This document shows, one piece after another, positions 29,846 to 39,305 of a DNA stretch of 64,000 nt. Location: positions 81,053 through 145,052 of the forward strand of contig DAINCX010000001.1 of the NCBI GenBank assembly GCA_036732165.1, written 5' to 3'. Positions within the stretch are counted from its first letter, which is position 1; every line of letters begins with the position of its first letter. A model generated the notes under the pieces. The model had not been told where the DNA came from and did not search any database. It saw only the letters and a program-made list of their open reading frames with translations. Origin of the DNA: Candidatus Dormiibacterota bacterium. GTDB taxonomy: Bacteria; Chloroflexota; Dormibacteria; CF-121. The position numbers and the translations under genes are program-made.

Positions 29846-30649
29846 TTGGGTTCCACCGTGTCTTCCACCAGTGAGACCGCGACGCACCGTCTGGCTCTTC
29901 AAGTCGAAGATCTCCACGTCAGCTATGGTCCGAAGAGGGCAGTTGACGGCGTGTCCCTCGACATCAACGAAGGGGAGATCTTTGGCCTGCTGGGCCCGAA
30001 CGGAGCAGGGAAGACGAGCACGCTCAGCGCAATTGAGGGTCTGCTGCGGCCCGACTCTGGCTCGATCCGAATCGGCGATGTCGACGCTCGAGCTAACCCG
30101 ACCATCGCGAAAGCGCGGATGGGCGTCCAGCTGCAGTCGACGAGCTTCCAATCCGATCTCACCATCCGCGAGATCGTCAGACTCTACGGGGGACTCTACG
30201 GCGTACCGCTCACCCGAGCCGGAATCGACGAACGGCTTGCCGACGTCCACCTGGGGGAGGAAGCACCAAAGCGCTTCAGCCAGCTGTCCGGGGGACAGCA
30301 GAAACGTGTCTCATTGTTGATTGCTACGATCCACAGCCCGCCACTGGTACTCCTCGATGAACCCACGGCCGGCTTGGACCCGCAGGCTCGCCGGCAGCTG
30401 TGGGATCGGATCGAACGGCTCCGCGACATCGGCCGGAGCATCCTCCTGACGACGCATTCCATGGAAGAGGCGCAGGCTGTCTGTCACCGCGTGGCGATCA
30501 TCGACACAGGCAAGCTGCTCACGGTCGATACGCCGGCTGGGCTCATCGAAAAGCACAAGGATGACCCACGCGTGCGCAAGGTGGCCCATGGCCAGGTCAC
30601 GCTCGAGGACGTCTTCATCGGGTTAACGGGAAGTGAGCTTCGCGATTGA
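29846..30649 (+). CDS. ABC transporter ATP-binding protein
   Basis: Walker A GPNGAGKTS, the signature LSGGQQKR and Walker B LVLLDEPTAGLD are present. The start is probably the GTG at 29858. Confidence 0.85.
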   Translation: MGSTVSSTSETATHRLALQVEDLHVSYGPKRAVDGVSLDINEGEIFGLLGPNGAGKTSTLSAIEGLLRPDSGSIRIGDVDARANPTIAKARMGVQLQSTSFQSDLTIREIVRLYGGLYGVPLTRAGIDERLADVHLGEEAPKRFSQLSGGQQKRVSLLIATIHSPPLVLLDEPTAGLDPQARRQLWDRIERLRDIGRSILLTTHSMEEAQAVCHRVAIIDTGKLLTVDTPAGLIEKHKDDPRVRKVAHGQVTLEDVFIGLTGSELRD

Positions 30650-31430
30650 GATGAGCAGCCAGCCGAGCGCCCCACCCATCCACCCTCCGACGCTATCAGA
30701 GATCCTCAGAGCCCTGCTTCAGGCGGACCTCACCGTTCAGTTACGGAACGGGCGAGCCTTGGTGCTGACGTTCCTTCCGCCGCTCGCCGTCCTCTACGGC
30801 CTGTCCGCTGGCAAACGCGGCGCTCAACTCGGCGGCCCGATCGTCAACGTGGCGCTGGCTCTCACGCTCGGCATCGCGTTGATTGCCATCCTTGGCTACA
30901 CTGCGTCCGTCGCCAGGGATCGCGAGCTGGGTGTTTTCCAGCGCCTCCGGGTCACGCCGGCTCCGACCTGGACCATCATGGTCAGCCGGCTGGCCGTTCA
31001 GATCGTTTCAATGCTGGCAATGAGCGTGGTGGTCCTCGTGGCGGCCGCCGTCGTCGAGAACGTCTCTCTGGATCCGGCAGCGTACCTCCTGACCCTCCTC
31101 GCCGTGATTTTCAGTTCGGCTGTCTTCCTCGGCGTGGGACAGGCCCTGGTCGGGCTCATCAAATCGGCGGACACGGTCAACGCCGTCGGACGGCTGAGCT
31201 TTCTGCCGCTCTTCGCTCTCGGCCTGTTTGCTCATTCCGCAATCTTCGGCACCACCTTTGAGACCATCGCGCGCTGGTCACCCGGGGGGGCAGTGGCGAC
31301 GTTGCTCGCGGGCGCGATGCGGCCGGCTGCGTGGAGCGGGGACACCTGGTGGGCCCTTCTCGCGAGCGTGCTGTATGCCATCGTGTTCGCTGGGGTTGGC
31401 ATCCGCTGGTTTCGGTGGAGCACACGCTAA
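30633..31430 (+). CDS. ABC-2 type transporter permease
   Basis: 265 aa with six hydrophobic segments. It overlaps the ATPase gene, so the two are coupled. Confidence 0.7.
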   Translation: MSFAIEMSSQPSAPPIHPPTLSEILRALLQADLTVQLRNGRALVLTFLPPLAVLYGLSAGKRGAQLGGPIVNVALALTLGIALIAILGYTASVARDRELGVFQRLRVTPAPTWTIMVSRLAVQIVSMLAMSVVVLVAAAVVENVSLDPAAYLLTLLAVIFSSAVFLGVGQALVGLIKSADTVNAVGRLSFLPLFALGLFAHSAIFGTTFETIARWSPGGAVATLLAGAMRPAAWSGDTWWALLASVLYAIVFAGVGIRWFRWSTR

Positions 31431-32326
31431 GTTCGAGTTCGGGCGACGGCGCGCCGCAGCACGACCTGGAACTCGCGGTCGAACCCGGCGGGTACCTCCC
31501 CCGGCAGCGCGTCTCGCTGCCGCACCCACGCGAAGGCGTGCGCGAACGTGCCGACGCGGATCGCGAGAGTGAATGCGCTGGCGAGACCCTGGCCCCACGG
31601 CTCGAGATACGCGTCGCGCAGCCGCGCAAACCACGGGTCGGCCGGTGGCAGCTTGTTGATCTCCTCGAGGAACCGGAAGGTCACGACAAGCGACGCGAAA
31701 GGGTGCGCGATCGACGCGTCGCCCCAGTCAAGCAGGCGCAGCTGCTCGCCCTGTACGTAGAGGTTCGCCCCGTGGAGGTCGTCGTGCTGAACCGTCTCCG
31801 GGACATTGTGTGCGGCGAGCTCCTCGCAAAACTCCGCGAAGCGAGCCGCAAACCGCCGCAACCGATCGATCTCGTCGCTCTCGAGCGGCAGATCGTGCCG
31901 CAGCAGGTCCTCGTAGCGAGCCGGCAGCTTGGCGACCCGCAGGTCGGGGACGTGGTGTGCCAGGTGTTCTGGTGTGTATGCGGCCTCGCCGCGCTGGAGC
32001 TCGGCGTACAGCGGCAACGTGGCGAGCCAGGTCTCCGGCGGGTTGAGGTAATAGCCAATCGGCGCGCCGGCGTCGGCGAGAAGAAGCCACGCCCGCTCCT
32101 CATCGTGGCCAAGCACCTCGACGACGCGGTCGGGCCACCGCGCGAAGAGCCCGGCCGTGAGCCGGGGCTCGAAGGCCTGCACCGGACTACACGCCTTGAA
32201 CCAGGCAACGCCGGTTGCGAGCGGCACGCGCAGCACCGTCGCCCACGGTCGCTCGCGCGCCGTCTCGAGGGCGCCGACCGGTTGGACGTACGTGCGAATC
32301 CAGGCTTCAGCGGCAGCACGGTCCAC
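31427..32326 (-). CDS. Aminoglycoside/macrolide phosphotransferase-family kinase (APH-like)
   Basis: The Brenner motif HDDLHGANLYV and LLDWGDASIAHPF are present. The GTG start at 32326 (VDRAAAEAW) was chosen because the track's longer ORF would overlap the upstream PPOX-family gene. Confidence 0.68.
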   Translation of the reverse strand: MDRAAAEAWIRTYVQPVGALETARERPWATVLRVPLATGVAWFKACSPVQAFEPRLTAGLFARWPDRVVEVLGHDEERAWLLLADAGAPIGYYLNPPETWLATLPLYAELQRGEAAYTPEHLAHHVPDLRVAKLPARYEDLLRHDLPLESDEIDRLRRFAARFAEFCEELAAHNVPETVQHDDLHGANLYVQGEQLRLLDWGDASIAHPFASLVVTFRFLEEINKLPPADPWFARLRDAYLEPWGQGLASAFTLAIRVGTFAHAFAWVRQRDALPGEVPAGFDREFQVVLRRAVARTRT

Positions 32327-32364
32327 GCTCCTACTATGCCGCGATGCCGCTACCCCTATGGCGG

Positions 32365-32847
32365 TCAAGTTCGTTGCGCAACAATCTGCTCCACGGCGAT
32401 CGGGAGTCGCGTCTCGAAGTCGAGGAGTTTCGCCCAATCGGGCGTGATCGTGATGCGCGCCATCTGCTTGTACAGGTCGCGCACTTGAACTTCGAACGCC
32501 TGCCATTGCTCCACCGGAATGTATTTCTTAGATGCCTCGAAATACTCAGCTGGTATTCCGTCGACTATTTCGACGGAGGCTGTGCCTCGCACCAACAACA
32601 CATGGGGTGGCTGCGTGTCGGTATCCACGGTCAGCGCGACCTTCGGGTTGGTCTGCAGCGCTCGCACTTTGGGTGCATTCGAGGCGGTGCAAACAATGAA
32701 CTGACCGCCCCTCCACTGGTACCCGATGGGGATTACTCGTGGGTATCCATCCCTTCCGTTGTATGCGAGATGGGCGAGAAGGGGCGAATGGAGCAGTTCT
32801 TGTGCGAGCGGGTCGTCCAGGATATCGACGATGTCTTCTCGTCTCAC
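32365..32847 (-). CDS. Pyridoxamine 5'-phosphate oxidase-family, PPOX class F420-dependent enzyme-like
   Basis: 160 aa with a split-barrel FMN/F420-binding fold pattern. GC is about 58%, versus about 70% in the flanks, and the gene uses AGA, ATA and AAA codons that are rare elsewhere in the window. Confidence 0.72.
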   Translation of the reverse strand: MRREDIVDILDDPLAQELLHSPLLAHLAYNGRDGYPRVIPIGYQWRGGQFIVCTASNAPKVRALQTNPKVALTVDTDTQPPHVLLVRGTASVEIVDGIPAEYFEASKKYIPVEQWQAFEVQVRDLYKQMARITITPDWAKLLDFETRLPIAVEQIVAQRT

Positions 32848-32931
32848 GGCAGACCTCCTTCATGCTGAACCAAGTCGACCGCAATCAGTGCTTGTTTCTG
32901 CCTTCTAGCCAGATGCCCGGGTCTTGAACTC

Positions 32932-32980
32932 AATAAGAAATTACAGCCTGAATGGGTGGTGTCCCCAACCGTACAAGTTA
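32932..32980 (+). repeat. Imperfect direct repeat copy B (about 50 bp) sharing its core with the tRNA-Arg(CCG) 3' end
   Basis: The sequence is aataagaaattacagcctgaatgggtggtgtccccaaccgtacaagtta. It is about 81% identical over 49 bp to copy A at 41539-41588. The core GGTGGTGTCCCC matches the tRNA-Arg(CCG) 3' acceptor/CCA region. Confidence 0.6.
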
Positions 32981-33113
32981 GGCCGTCTTCCAACGCCGGG
33001 AGATATGATGCCTGTGCTCCCTAAACGATCCGTCCGGCGCGAAGCGCCTTTGCATCGAGTCTCGCTCGACCATCTCAGTCGAGCGACCGAAGTCGGTACT
33101 GGAGGTCGCCACC

Positions 33114-33467
33114 ATGTCGCAATTGCCGTCTACCGCTCCCCTGATCGTAGCCACGACCGAGCGCCCGGCCGGCTATGAGGTCAAGCAGACTCTGGGCCAA
33201 GTGTTCGGCGTCGTGGTGCGCAGCCGCGGCCTGGGTGGCAACATCATGGCGGGTCTTCGTTCACTCGGCGGTGGCGAGATCGTGGAGTACACGCGCCTTG
33301 TCGAGGACACCCGGCGCCACGCGATCGACCGCATGGTCGAGAACGCTCGGGCTATGGGCGCCAACGCGGTCGTGATGATGCGGTTCGATTCATCAGAGAT
33401 GGGCAAGACAATGACGGAGGTGGTCGCCTACGGCACCGCTGCCATCATCGACAAGAGTGCCACGTGA
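33114..33467 (+). CDS. YbjQ/UPF0145-family protein (putative heavy-metal-binding)
   Basis: 117 aa, and YbjQ-like along the full length. Confidence 0.8.
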   Translation: MSQLPSTAPLIVATTERPAGYEVKQTLGQVFGVVVRSRGLGGNIMAGLRSLGGGEIVEYTRLVEDTRRHAIDRMVENARAMGANAVVMMRFDSSEMGKTMTEVVAYGTAAIIDKSAT

Positions 33468-33673
33468 TCCCCTGGGTGCAGCTCGTCTTCCTTGTTGTCG
33501 TGATTGTCTTCGCGATCACCGGCTACTTCATCTGGGACCGCCGGTACCGCGGCGCGAGAGGAGAAAACTTCACGCCCACAAACGAGGTCTTCAAGGATCC
33601 GACGACGGGCAAGCTGACCCGCGTTTACGAGGATCCTGCGACGGGCAAGCGGCAATACAAAGACGAGCCTTAA
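33464..33673 (+). CDS. Small membrane-anchored protein (69 aa)
   Basis: An N-terminal TM helix is followed by a charged tail with repeated DPxTGK. It overlaps the ybjQ-like stop, so the two are coupled. GC is lower than the flanks. Confidence 0.4.
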   Translation: MIPWVQLVFLVVVIVFAITGYFIWDRRYRGARGENFTPTNEVFKDPTTGKLTRVYEDPATGKRQYKDEP

Positions 33674-33765
33674 TGCGCTTCCGTACCGCTGACCAAGCTT
33701 GGACGCCTAACTAGGCGGCAGCGGCCATGGTGCCGATTCGGGCGGGACTCAGTCTCCTTCGGTGG

Positions 33766-34251
33766 CTAGCTTGCCGCTGGTCGGACGACCAGGGCCATCT
33801 GGGCGTCCAGCCGCTCCGCGATCCGGTCGACGAAATCCTTGATGGTCGCCTCCGCTACCCGCGACAGGAGGGCCCGGTCCACCATTCGGCCGATCAGGCC
33901 GAGCGGCGGACGGTACCGGGCGCTGAAGGCGAGTTGGGTGCGCTCGGCACCTAAGGTGGCGAGCTCGAGGTCACCATCGAGTACGGGGAAGAGCCCGCTG
34001 GGACCGGTCGCCTGCCACGAAATCGGAATCCAGGTCCGCGCGGACGACCGAACCGGGTCTCCCAGCCCGATCGAGATCCTTTTGACGATCCGGTGGCCAT
34101 CCATCGGAAATCCCACCTCGGTCAGCAGCCACTGGCCGCGCACGTCGGCGTTCTCAGCGAGATTCGGTAACCACGATGACGGTGCCTGGAGCAATGAGCG
34201 CTCCAGGTTCGGCATCGGGTGCGCCAGCTCGACGTAGTATCGGATGAACAC
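33766..34251 (-). CDS. SRPBCC-superfamily protein (polyketide cyclase/dehydrase-like)
   Basis: 161 aa with a START/Bet v1-like pattern. Confidence 0.55.
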   Translation of the reverse strand: MFIRYYVELAHPMPNLERSLLQAPSSWLPNLAENADVRGQWLLTEVGFPMDGHRIVKRISIGLGDPVRSSARTWIPISWQATGPSGLFPVLDGDLELATLGAERTQLAFSARYRPPLGLIGRMVDRALLSRVAEATIKDFVDRIAERLDAQMALVVRPAAS

Positions 34252-34255
34252 GGTA

Positions 34256-35206
34256 TCACCGCCCTCCCTCTTCCCGGTAGTACCGGCGCCACACGAGCCG
34301 GTAGATCGGGACCAGCCGCGGGATGTCGCGCAGCCCGGGAATGAACGGCACCACCAGCAGACCGAGCGTCAGCACGCCCATCAGGATCACCACCAGCAAG
34401 TCGCCGTTGGGCGCCGTGTTGAATGGTGGGATCTGGTACCAAACCGTGTACAGCCACAACCAGGACTGCCCCGGGTACTGACCCGTCTCATTCATCATGC
34501 CCCACTGGCTGCCGCTCAGGTGTTGTTGGTCGGCCAGGCCGGCCAGGTACGAACCGTCGGCCATGAAGAGGAGCGGCTTGGTGAAATCGGTCTGATAGAA
34601 ATGTCCACTGCTGAGCAAGAGACCATCGAGGCCACCCGAGCGCGCAACGGCCAGGAGTCGGTCCATCAACACGGGGACTGCGCCGTAGTCGCCACTCGCG
34701 ACCACGACCTTTCCGTCTTGGACTTTCGCGTCGCCGAGCGCCGTCGTGTAGGCAGTCAGCCAGGTGGTCTTCTGGGCGTCGGAGGCCGCCTGGAAATCAC
34801 CCAGTGCGGTGGTCAACTGCGAATCCCCGACACTGGCGTGCTTCAGCGGGCTGATCACGAAATCGTTCGCGCTGTCGACCGGTTGCCGGACGCCCGCCCA
34901 CTTCGATGGCGCGATCGGGCCCAGCGTCTGTCCCGCATCGGTGGCGTTGTACGGCGCGCCATAGCCGGCACTTGTCGTCGAGCCGGCCAACTCGCCGGCC
35001 GCCGTGGTGGTGAAGTCAACCGGGTCAGCCTGTGCCCAGCTCTGGATGGTGACCGACGGCACGTCCGGCGATGACAGGACCGCCGCCAGCACGATTACCA
35101 GCACGAGGCAGGCCGCCATGGCAATCGCGACTTCCTTGAGCAGGTCATAGGGCACCGTCCGGATGCTCGACGCGGAGCCCTCTGACGTCGCGCCCTTCTT
35201 GAACAT
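34256..35206 (-). CDS. Cytochrome bc subunit-IV-like membrane protein with a roughly 220-aa extracytoplasmic insertion
   Basis: It has an N-terminal TM helix, a large Ser/Thr/Gly-rich domain, and a C-terminal WYQIPPF...LLVVILMGVLTLGLLVVPFIPG. The C-terminus parallels PWYFLGLQELLSRFPP...FPTFVIVLMILVPFLD of the canonical subunit IV at 58236-58826. It lies immediately downstream of the cytochrome b gene. Confidence 0.5.
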   Translation of the reverse strand: MFKKGATSEGSASSIRTVPYDLLKEVAIAMAACLVLVIVLAAVLSSPDVPSVTIQSWAQADPVDFTTTAAGELAGSTTSAGYGAPYNATDAGQTLGPIAPSKWAGVRQPVDSANDFVISPLKHASVGDSQLTTALGDFQAASDAQKTTWLTAYTTALGDAKVQDGKVVVASGDYGAVPVLMDRLLAVARSGGLDGLLLSSGHFYQTDFTKPLLFMADGSYLAGLADQQHLSGSQWGMMNETGQYPGQSWLWLYTVWYQIPPFNTAPNGDLLVVILMGVLTLGLLVVPFIPGLRDIPRLVPIYRLVWRRYYREEGGR

Positions 35207-35209
35207 TTG

Positions 35210-35872
35210 TCACACCTCCGAAGTCGAGTGCGTCGCTGGCTGGGAAGACTCGATCGGCCGGACGACGCCCTTCATGCGAACCCAGACGATGTGCAGGGCA
35301 ACCAGCACGATGATGGCGGCGGGCAGGAGCAACACGTGGATGCCGTACATTTGGCCGAAGTTGAGGACGTTGAAGAAGGCGCCCAAACCGGCAGCATTGA
35401 GCGCGTCCTTGGCGCTAACCGCGATCCATTGCGAGGCGAAGTTCTGTTGCGAGAGGTAGCCGGTGAAGGCCGCCCCGATTGAAATCGCAAAGATGATCAC
35501 CCCGATCATCCAGGTCGCTGCCCGACCGCCTCGCCAGCTGGCCATGAAGTACTGACCCCAGAGGTGCAGCACCATGAAGACGAAGAAGAGCTGGACACTC
35601 CAGAAGTGCAGGCTGTTGAAGAATCGGCCGGCCGCCGAGATGTGCCACCAATCGGGCCCGGCGATCGCCAGGATGACGCCGCTCAATACCGTCAGCACCA
35701 ACGCGGCGATGGTCACGACGCCGAAGACGTAGACCCACGAGCCCACGTAGTACGGCTGGCGGTCAGGCAGAAGGTTTTCCATCGGCAGCCTTTCTGCGAT
35801 TTCCTCGCGGGCGCGGGCCGTCCAGCTGCTGGAGCGTTCGCCCATCGGTCCGGAGGCGTTGGTTGGTCTCAT
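35210..35872 (-). CDS. Cytochrome b (b6-type N-terminal two-haem domain), orphan paralogue
   Basis: Helix-B His pair: LHFWSVQLFFVFMVLHLW. Helix-D His pair: GIHVLLLPAAIIVLVALHIVW. Four TM helices, and no PEWY C-terminal domain. Confidence 0.8.
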   Translation of the reverse strand: MRPTNASGPMGERSSSWTARAREEIAERLPMENLLPDRQPYYVGSWVYVFGVVTIAALVLTVLSGVILAIAGPDWWHISAAGRFFNSLHFWSVQLFFVFMVLHLWGQYFMASWRGGRAATWMIGVIIFAISIGAAFTGYLSQQNFASQWIAVSAKDALNAAGLGAFFNVLNFGQMYGIHVLLLPAAIIVLVALHIVWVRMKGVVRPIESSQPATHSTSEV

Positions 35873-36006
35873 GACTTCTCCTTCTCACCCGGGAGGGGGA
35901 CGAACAGGGCGATCACGAACAGCACGATCATCAGGCCGATCAGCAGTAGGTTCGGGATCGAGATGAGGATGAAGCCCCAGTGCAGGTAGCCGGCAGGTGT
36001 ATCCAT
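35869..36006 (-). CDS. Small single-TM protein (about 45 aa)
   Basis: MDTPAGYLHWGFILISIPNLLLIGLMIVLFVIALFVPLPGEKEKS, coupled to the cytochrome b start. The track extends it to 36126. Confidence 0.35.
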   Translation of the reverse strand: MDTPAGYLHWGFILISIPNLLLIGLMIVLFVIALFVPLPGEKEKS

Positions 36007-36104
36007 AGTGGTTTCTACGGTACGCACCGCTGCCGGAGGAGGACACCGACCAAGGTCCCTCCTTCGGGGGGACCTTTCAGCCGCACCTCCGAATTTGCGA
36101 CGAT

Positions 36105-36770
36105 ATGTCGGTGAGCGAGACACCACTACGGGTTGTGCTGGTTGACGACCACGAAGTTGTCCGGGATGGGATCAAGTCGTTGCTCGAACCCGAAGCCGAC
36201 ATCACGGTCGTTGGCGAAGCCGGGACCGTCAAGGAAGGAATCGCCCGGGTGGAGTGGGCTCGTCCGGACGTGGTCATCATGGACATCCGGCTCCCGGATG
36301 GGAGCGGTATCGAGGCGACCCGTGAGATTCGCGCTCGTCTGCCGAAGACGCAGGTCCTGATGCTGACGACGTTCGCCGACGACGATGCGCTATTCGCCTC
36401 AATCATGGCGGGCGCCGCCGGTTACGTCCTCAAGCAGATCAAGGGCGCAGACCTCGTGCGGGCAGTAAGGACTGTCGGATCCGGACAGAGTCTCCTCGAC
36501 CCTGCGGTCACCAAGGGCGTCCTGGACCGGCTTCGGAAGGGCAAGCACTTCCTCAAGGACGAGCGGCTCGCCCGGCTGTCGGCCCAGGAGGAGCGGATCC
36601 TGACCCTCATCTCCGAAGGCAAAACGAACGGAGAGATTGGACAGGAACTCCACCTGGCCGAAAAGACGGTCAAGAACTACGTGACGAGCATCCTCTCGAA
36701 GCTCGAGGTGGCCCGCCGGGCCGAGGCCGCCGCCTACTTCGCCCGCCGCACGACGACCCCCGGCTCGTGA
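36105..36770 (+). CDS. NarL/LuxR-family response regulator (DevR/DosR-like)
   Basis: A REC domain (VVLVDDHEVVRDG...DIRLPDGSG) is followed by a LuxR HTH (LSAQEERILTLISEGKTNGEIGQELHLAEKTVKNYVTSILSKL). Confidence 0.9.
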   Translation: MSVSETPLRVVLVDDHEVVRDGIKSLLEPEADITVVGEAGTVKEGIARVEWARPDVVIMDIRLPDGSGIEATREIRARLPKTQVLMLTTFADDDALFASIMAGAAGYVLKQIKGADLVRAVRTVGSGQSLLDPAVTKGVLDRLRKGKHFLKDERLARLSAQEERILTLISEGKTNGEIGQELHLAEKTVKNYVTSILSKLEVARRAEAAAYFARRTTTPGS

Positions 36771-36786
36771 CCCGCTTCGTTCAGGG

Positions 36787-37572
36787 TCAGGGAAGGACGA
36801 AGACGACGCCCTCCATGGCAGCGGGAAACTCCGAGCTCCCCGGTCTGGCCTGCACCCGCTTGACCTCGCTGTTCCAGGTCGCGTGCGCATCGCAGAAGTA
36901 GGGATAGATGCCGGGCTTGTCGAAGGTGTAGGACGCATTGCCGTTGGCCGGGACGACGAACTTGAACTGGACGCTAACGCCCGGATCCGTCAGGACCGTG
37001 TGGGCGTCGGCGTCAAGGTTGGTCCACGTGACCTGGGTGCCCTGCTTGACGGCGATGGCCAGCGGCTCGAACCGGTCGGCACTGGGCATCACGATCTTGG
37101 CTTTGCCGGCGGACAGGGGCCCGTTGTCTCCCGCGACCAGGATGATCCCGTACATCGATATGGGATAGGCGCTCGCCCCCCGCTTGGCCTTGATCAAACC
37201 GGTTGTCCGATCGTAATCGGAGTGCGCATCGCAGTAGTAGCCGTAGATCCCGGGCTGGCTGAACGTGTGGGTGACCGACTTGCCGGACCCCACAAGCAGC
37301 TTGAAGTCGACCTGGTCTGTCGGCATCGAAACGACCGTGTGGGCATCCGTATCATGGTTGGTGAACGTCACGGTCCCTCCTGCCGCGATCTCGACCAGGA
37401 ATGGCTCAAAGCGATCGGCCTGTGGGATCGTGACGGCGGCCGTGCTCGGCAGGCCCGCCGCGCTCCCGCTGGGATTTGACGCACCGGACCCCCCGCCGCA
37501 CGAGGCAAGGATGACGGTGGTGCCAAACATGGCCAGGGCCGCAAGGCGATGGGGTATCAACAGAATTTTCAT
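36787..37572 (-). CDS. Lipoprotein with two tandem cupredoxin-like domains (atypical Cu site)
   Basis: The lipobox is ILASCGGG. Two repeats each carry H...YYCDAHS / YFCDAHAT, but no Met lies at the usual C-x2-H-x4-M position. Confidence 0.65.
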   Translation of the reverse strand: MKILLIPHRLAALAMFGTTVILASCGGGSGASNPSGSAAGLPSTAAVTIPQADRFEPFLVEIAAGGTVTFTNHDTDAHTVVSMPTDQVDFKLLVGSGKSVTHTFSQPGIYGYYCDAHSDYDRTTGLIKAKRGASAYPISMYGIILVAGDNGPLSAGKAKIVMPSADRFEPLAIAVKQGTQVTWTNLDADAHTVLTDPGVSVQFKFVVPANGNASYTFDKPGIYPYFCDAHATWNSEVKRVQARPGSSEFPAAMEGVVFVLP

Positions 37573-37691
37573 GCGAGCGCTCCTCAGTCAGTATTGGGAG
37601 AAGTATCCGGTGATCGCTCCATTTCCCCAAGGGGCCATGGGTCCTGACCTGCGTAGGCCAAAGGTCCCGCCGCGCCCTACGCGGCCCGCCC

Positions 37692-39305
37692 CTACGGCCG
37701 CTCGGCGGTCTTGATCGGCAACACGGCGTCGTAGGAGGTTTTGGAGGTTTCCACGACTACCGTCACCATCCAGTTCCCTGCCAGCGACAGCCTTGTGCCC
37801 TCCGCGCTGTAGATCCCAGCCCCCAGGCCTCGCAGCTCGAGGACGGTTTCGCCGGTCTCCGGGCGGCTTTGGAGATCGAACAGCAGGAAGAGGCGGGCTC
37901 CGCTGAGCGGCCGGCCCGTTTTGTAGTCGCGGACCGTCACCGTGAACCGGTTCAGGCCGGCGTATCCCGGGGCGACGTCAAGGTTCACCCGGACGGCGGT
38001 GCCGTGATCGACGCCTGCCACGACGAGGTGCGGAAAATTCTGCGACGCTGCCGCTCGAACGAAGCTCGGTGGCGGCAGGGTGGTAAGAAACGCCGCGGCG
38101 ACCATGATCACCGCAGCCAGCACGAGCTCTCCTCGAGATACCCAGCGCAGCCGGGGAATGCCGGCAACAGCCATTCGCACGTAGCGCCAGCGGTTCGTCG
38201 CCGCCAGCGGCGCGATCGTGATGAACAGCGCCGTCTTGGCCAGTAGCAACCAGCCGAAGGTCGTCGTAAACAGGTTCGACCAGTTCCCGACCTCGTCGAT
38301 CCCGCGAACCAGTCCGGTCAGGATCATGGCGGCAAAGGCGAACCCGGCAACCACGGAGAAACGGCCCACGGCGCGCGCCTTGTCGATCGTCGGCAGACCG
38401 CGGATCCCGACGAGCACGGCCACCAGCCCGCCGATCCACACCGCGTAGCTCAACAGGTGCAACCAGTGGGTGGGGATCATGAGCCAGGCCAGAGGACTGG
38501 AGGCGGCGTGGCTCACGGTCGCATTGGCCAGCATGGCGATGGCGCTGAGGGCGGCACAAATTCCGAGCGCGACCCGCCGAGGGGTTCCCTGCAGTCTCCA
38601 GGCGGCGAGCACCGCCACGCCCGCCGCGACGAGAGGTACGACCACGAGTTCCATCCCATGCGCCAGCGACGTGCCAAGGAAAAAGGACCAGTCGACGCCG
38701 GCGTTCTCACGCGTCGACTCGACGACCATGAACGCCCCGATTAGGGCCAGCACGTCGCCAACACCGACCACGAGCAAGACCGCGAGAGAGAAATCCTGGA
38801 GGGCCAGCAGATCGACCCAGGCGCCGCCCAGGAGAAGCCCATAGCCGGCATCCAGACCCCATCGACCTGTGACCCCGAGCGGTGACGGCGGGGCGGCGGG
38901 TGGGGCGACGGCCAGGGGAATGGGTGGCACTGCCTGGGCGCCGACCGCGAAGGCGAACACGCCGGTGGCGACATGACCGTCAATCGCAGAGACGGTGCGC
39001 CAGCTGACCGTGTAGACCCCATCGCCAAGGGGAGGGAGCGTGATGGCGACGGTCGTCGAAGCGCCCGACACGGCTGACGCGGGCCCGCCGGCCACCTGGC
39101 GACCGGAGGTGTCGAGGATCTGGACCTGCGAGAGCTTCGGATCTGGCGCTTCGGTGAACGTGATGATGACCACGCTCGGCGCGTGCGCCAGCCTGGCTCC
39201 GTCGGGTGGGTCCGACAGGCGCACCAGGGAATGGGCCTCGGCAACGACGCTCAGCGCTAGCATGACGCCACCCGCCAGGAGTACCGCCGTTAGGAACCGC
39301 CGCAC
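37692..39305 (-). CDS. CopC/CopD-family copper resistance fusion protein (YcnJ-like) with C-terminal YtkA/FixH-like domain
   Basis: It has an N-terminal signal peptide and a CopC domain (HSLVRLSDPPDGARL...), then about 8 TM helices (CopD), then a C-terminal beta-rich domain. Confidence 0.8.
   Translation of the reverse strand: MRRFLTAVLLAGGVMLALSVVAEAHSLVRLSDPPDGARLAHAPSVVIITFTEAPDPKLSQVQILDTSGRQVAGGPASAVSGASTTVAITLPPLGDGVYTVSWRTVSAIDGHVATGVFAFAVGAQAVPPIPLAVAPPAAPPSPLGVTGRWGLDAGYGLLLGGAWVDLLALQDFSLAVLLVVGVGDVLALIGAFMVVESTRENAGVDWSFFLGTSLAHGMELVVVPLVAAGVAVLAAWRLQGTPRRVALGICAALSAIAMLANATVSHAASSPLAWLMIPTHWLHLLSYAVWIGGLVAVLVGIRGLPTIDKARAVGRFSVVAGFAFAAMILTGLVRGIDEVGNWSNLFTTTFGWLLLAKTALFITIAPLAATNRWRYVRMAVAGIPRLRWVSRGELVLAAVIMVAAAFLTTLPPPSFVRAAASQNFPHLVVAGVDHGTAVRVNLDVAPGYAGLNRFTVTVRDYKTGRPLSGARLFLLFDLQSRPETGETVLELRGLGAGIYSAEGTRLSLAGNWMVTVVVETSKTSYDAVLPIKTAERP

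Noticed and set aside
29760-29860. Promoter or operator upstream of the ABC transporter (CATAAT at about 29830, partial palindrome TTGTTAATAG...)
   Set aside because: No acceptable -35 element lies at the correct spacing, and the palindrome is weak.
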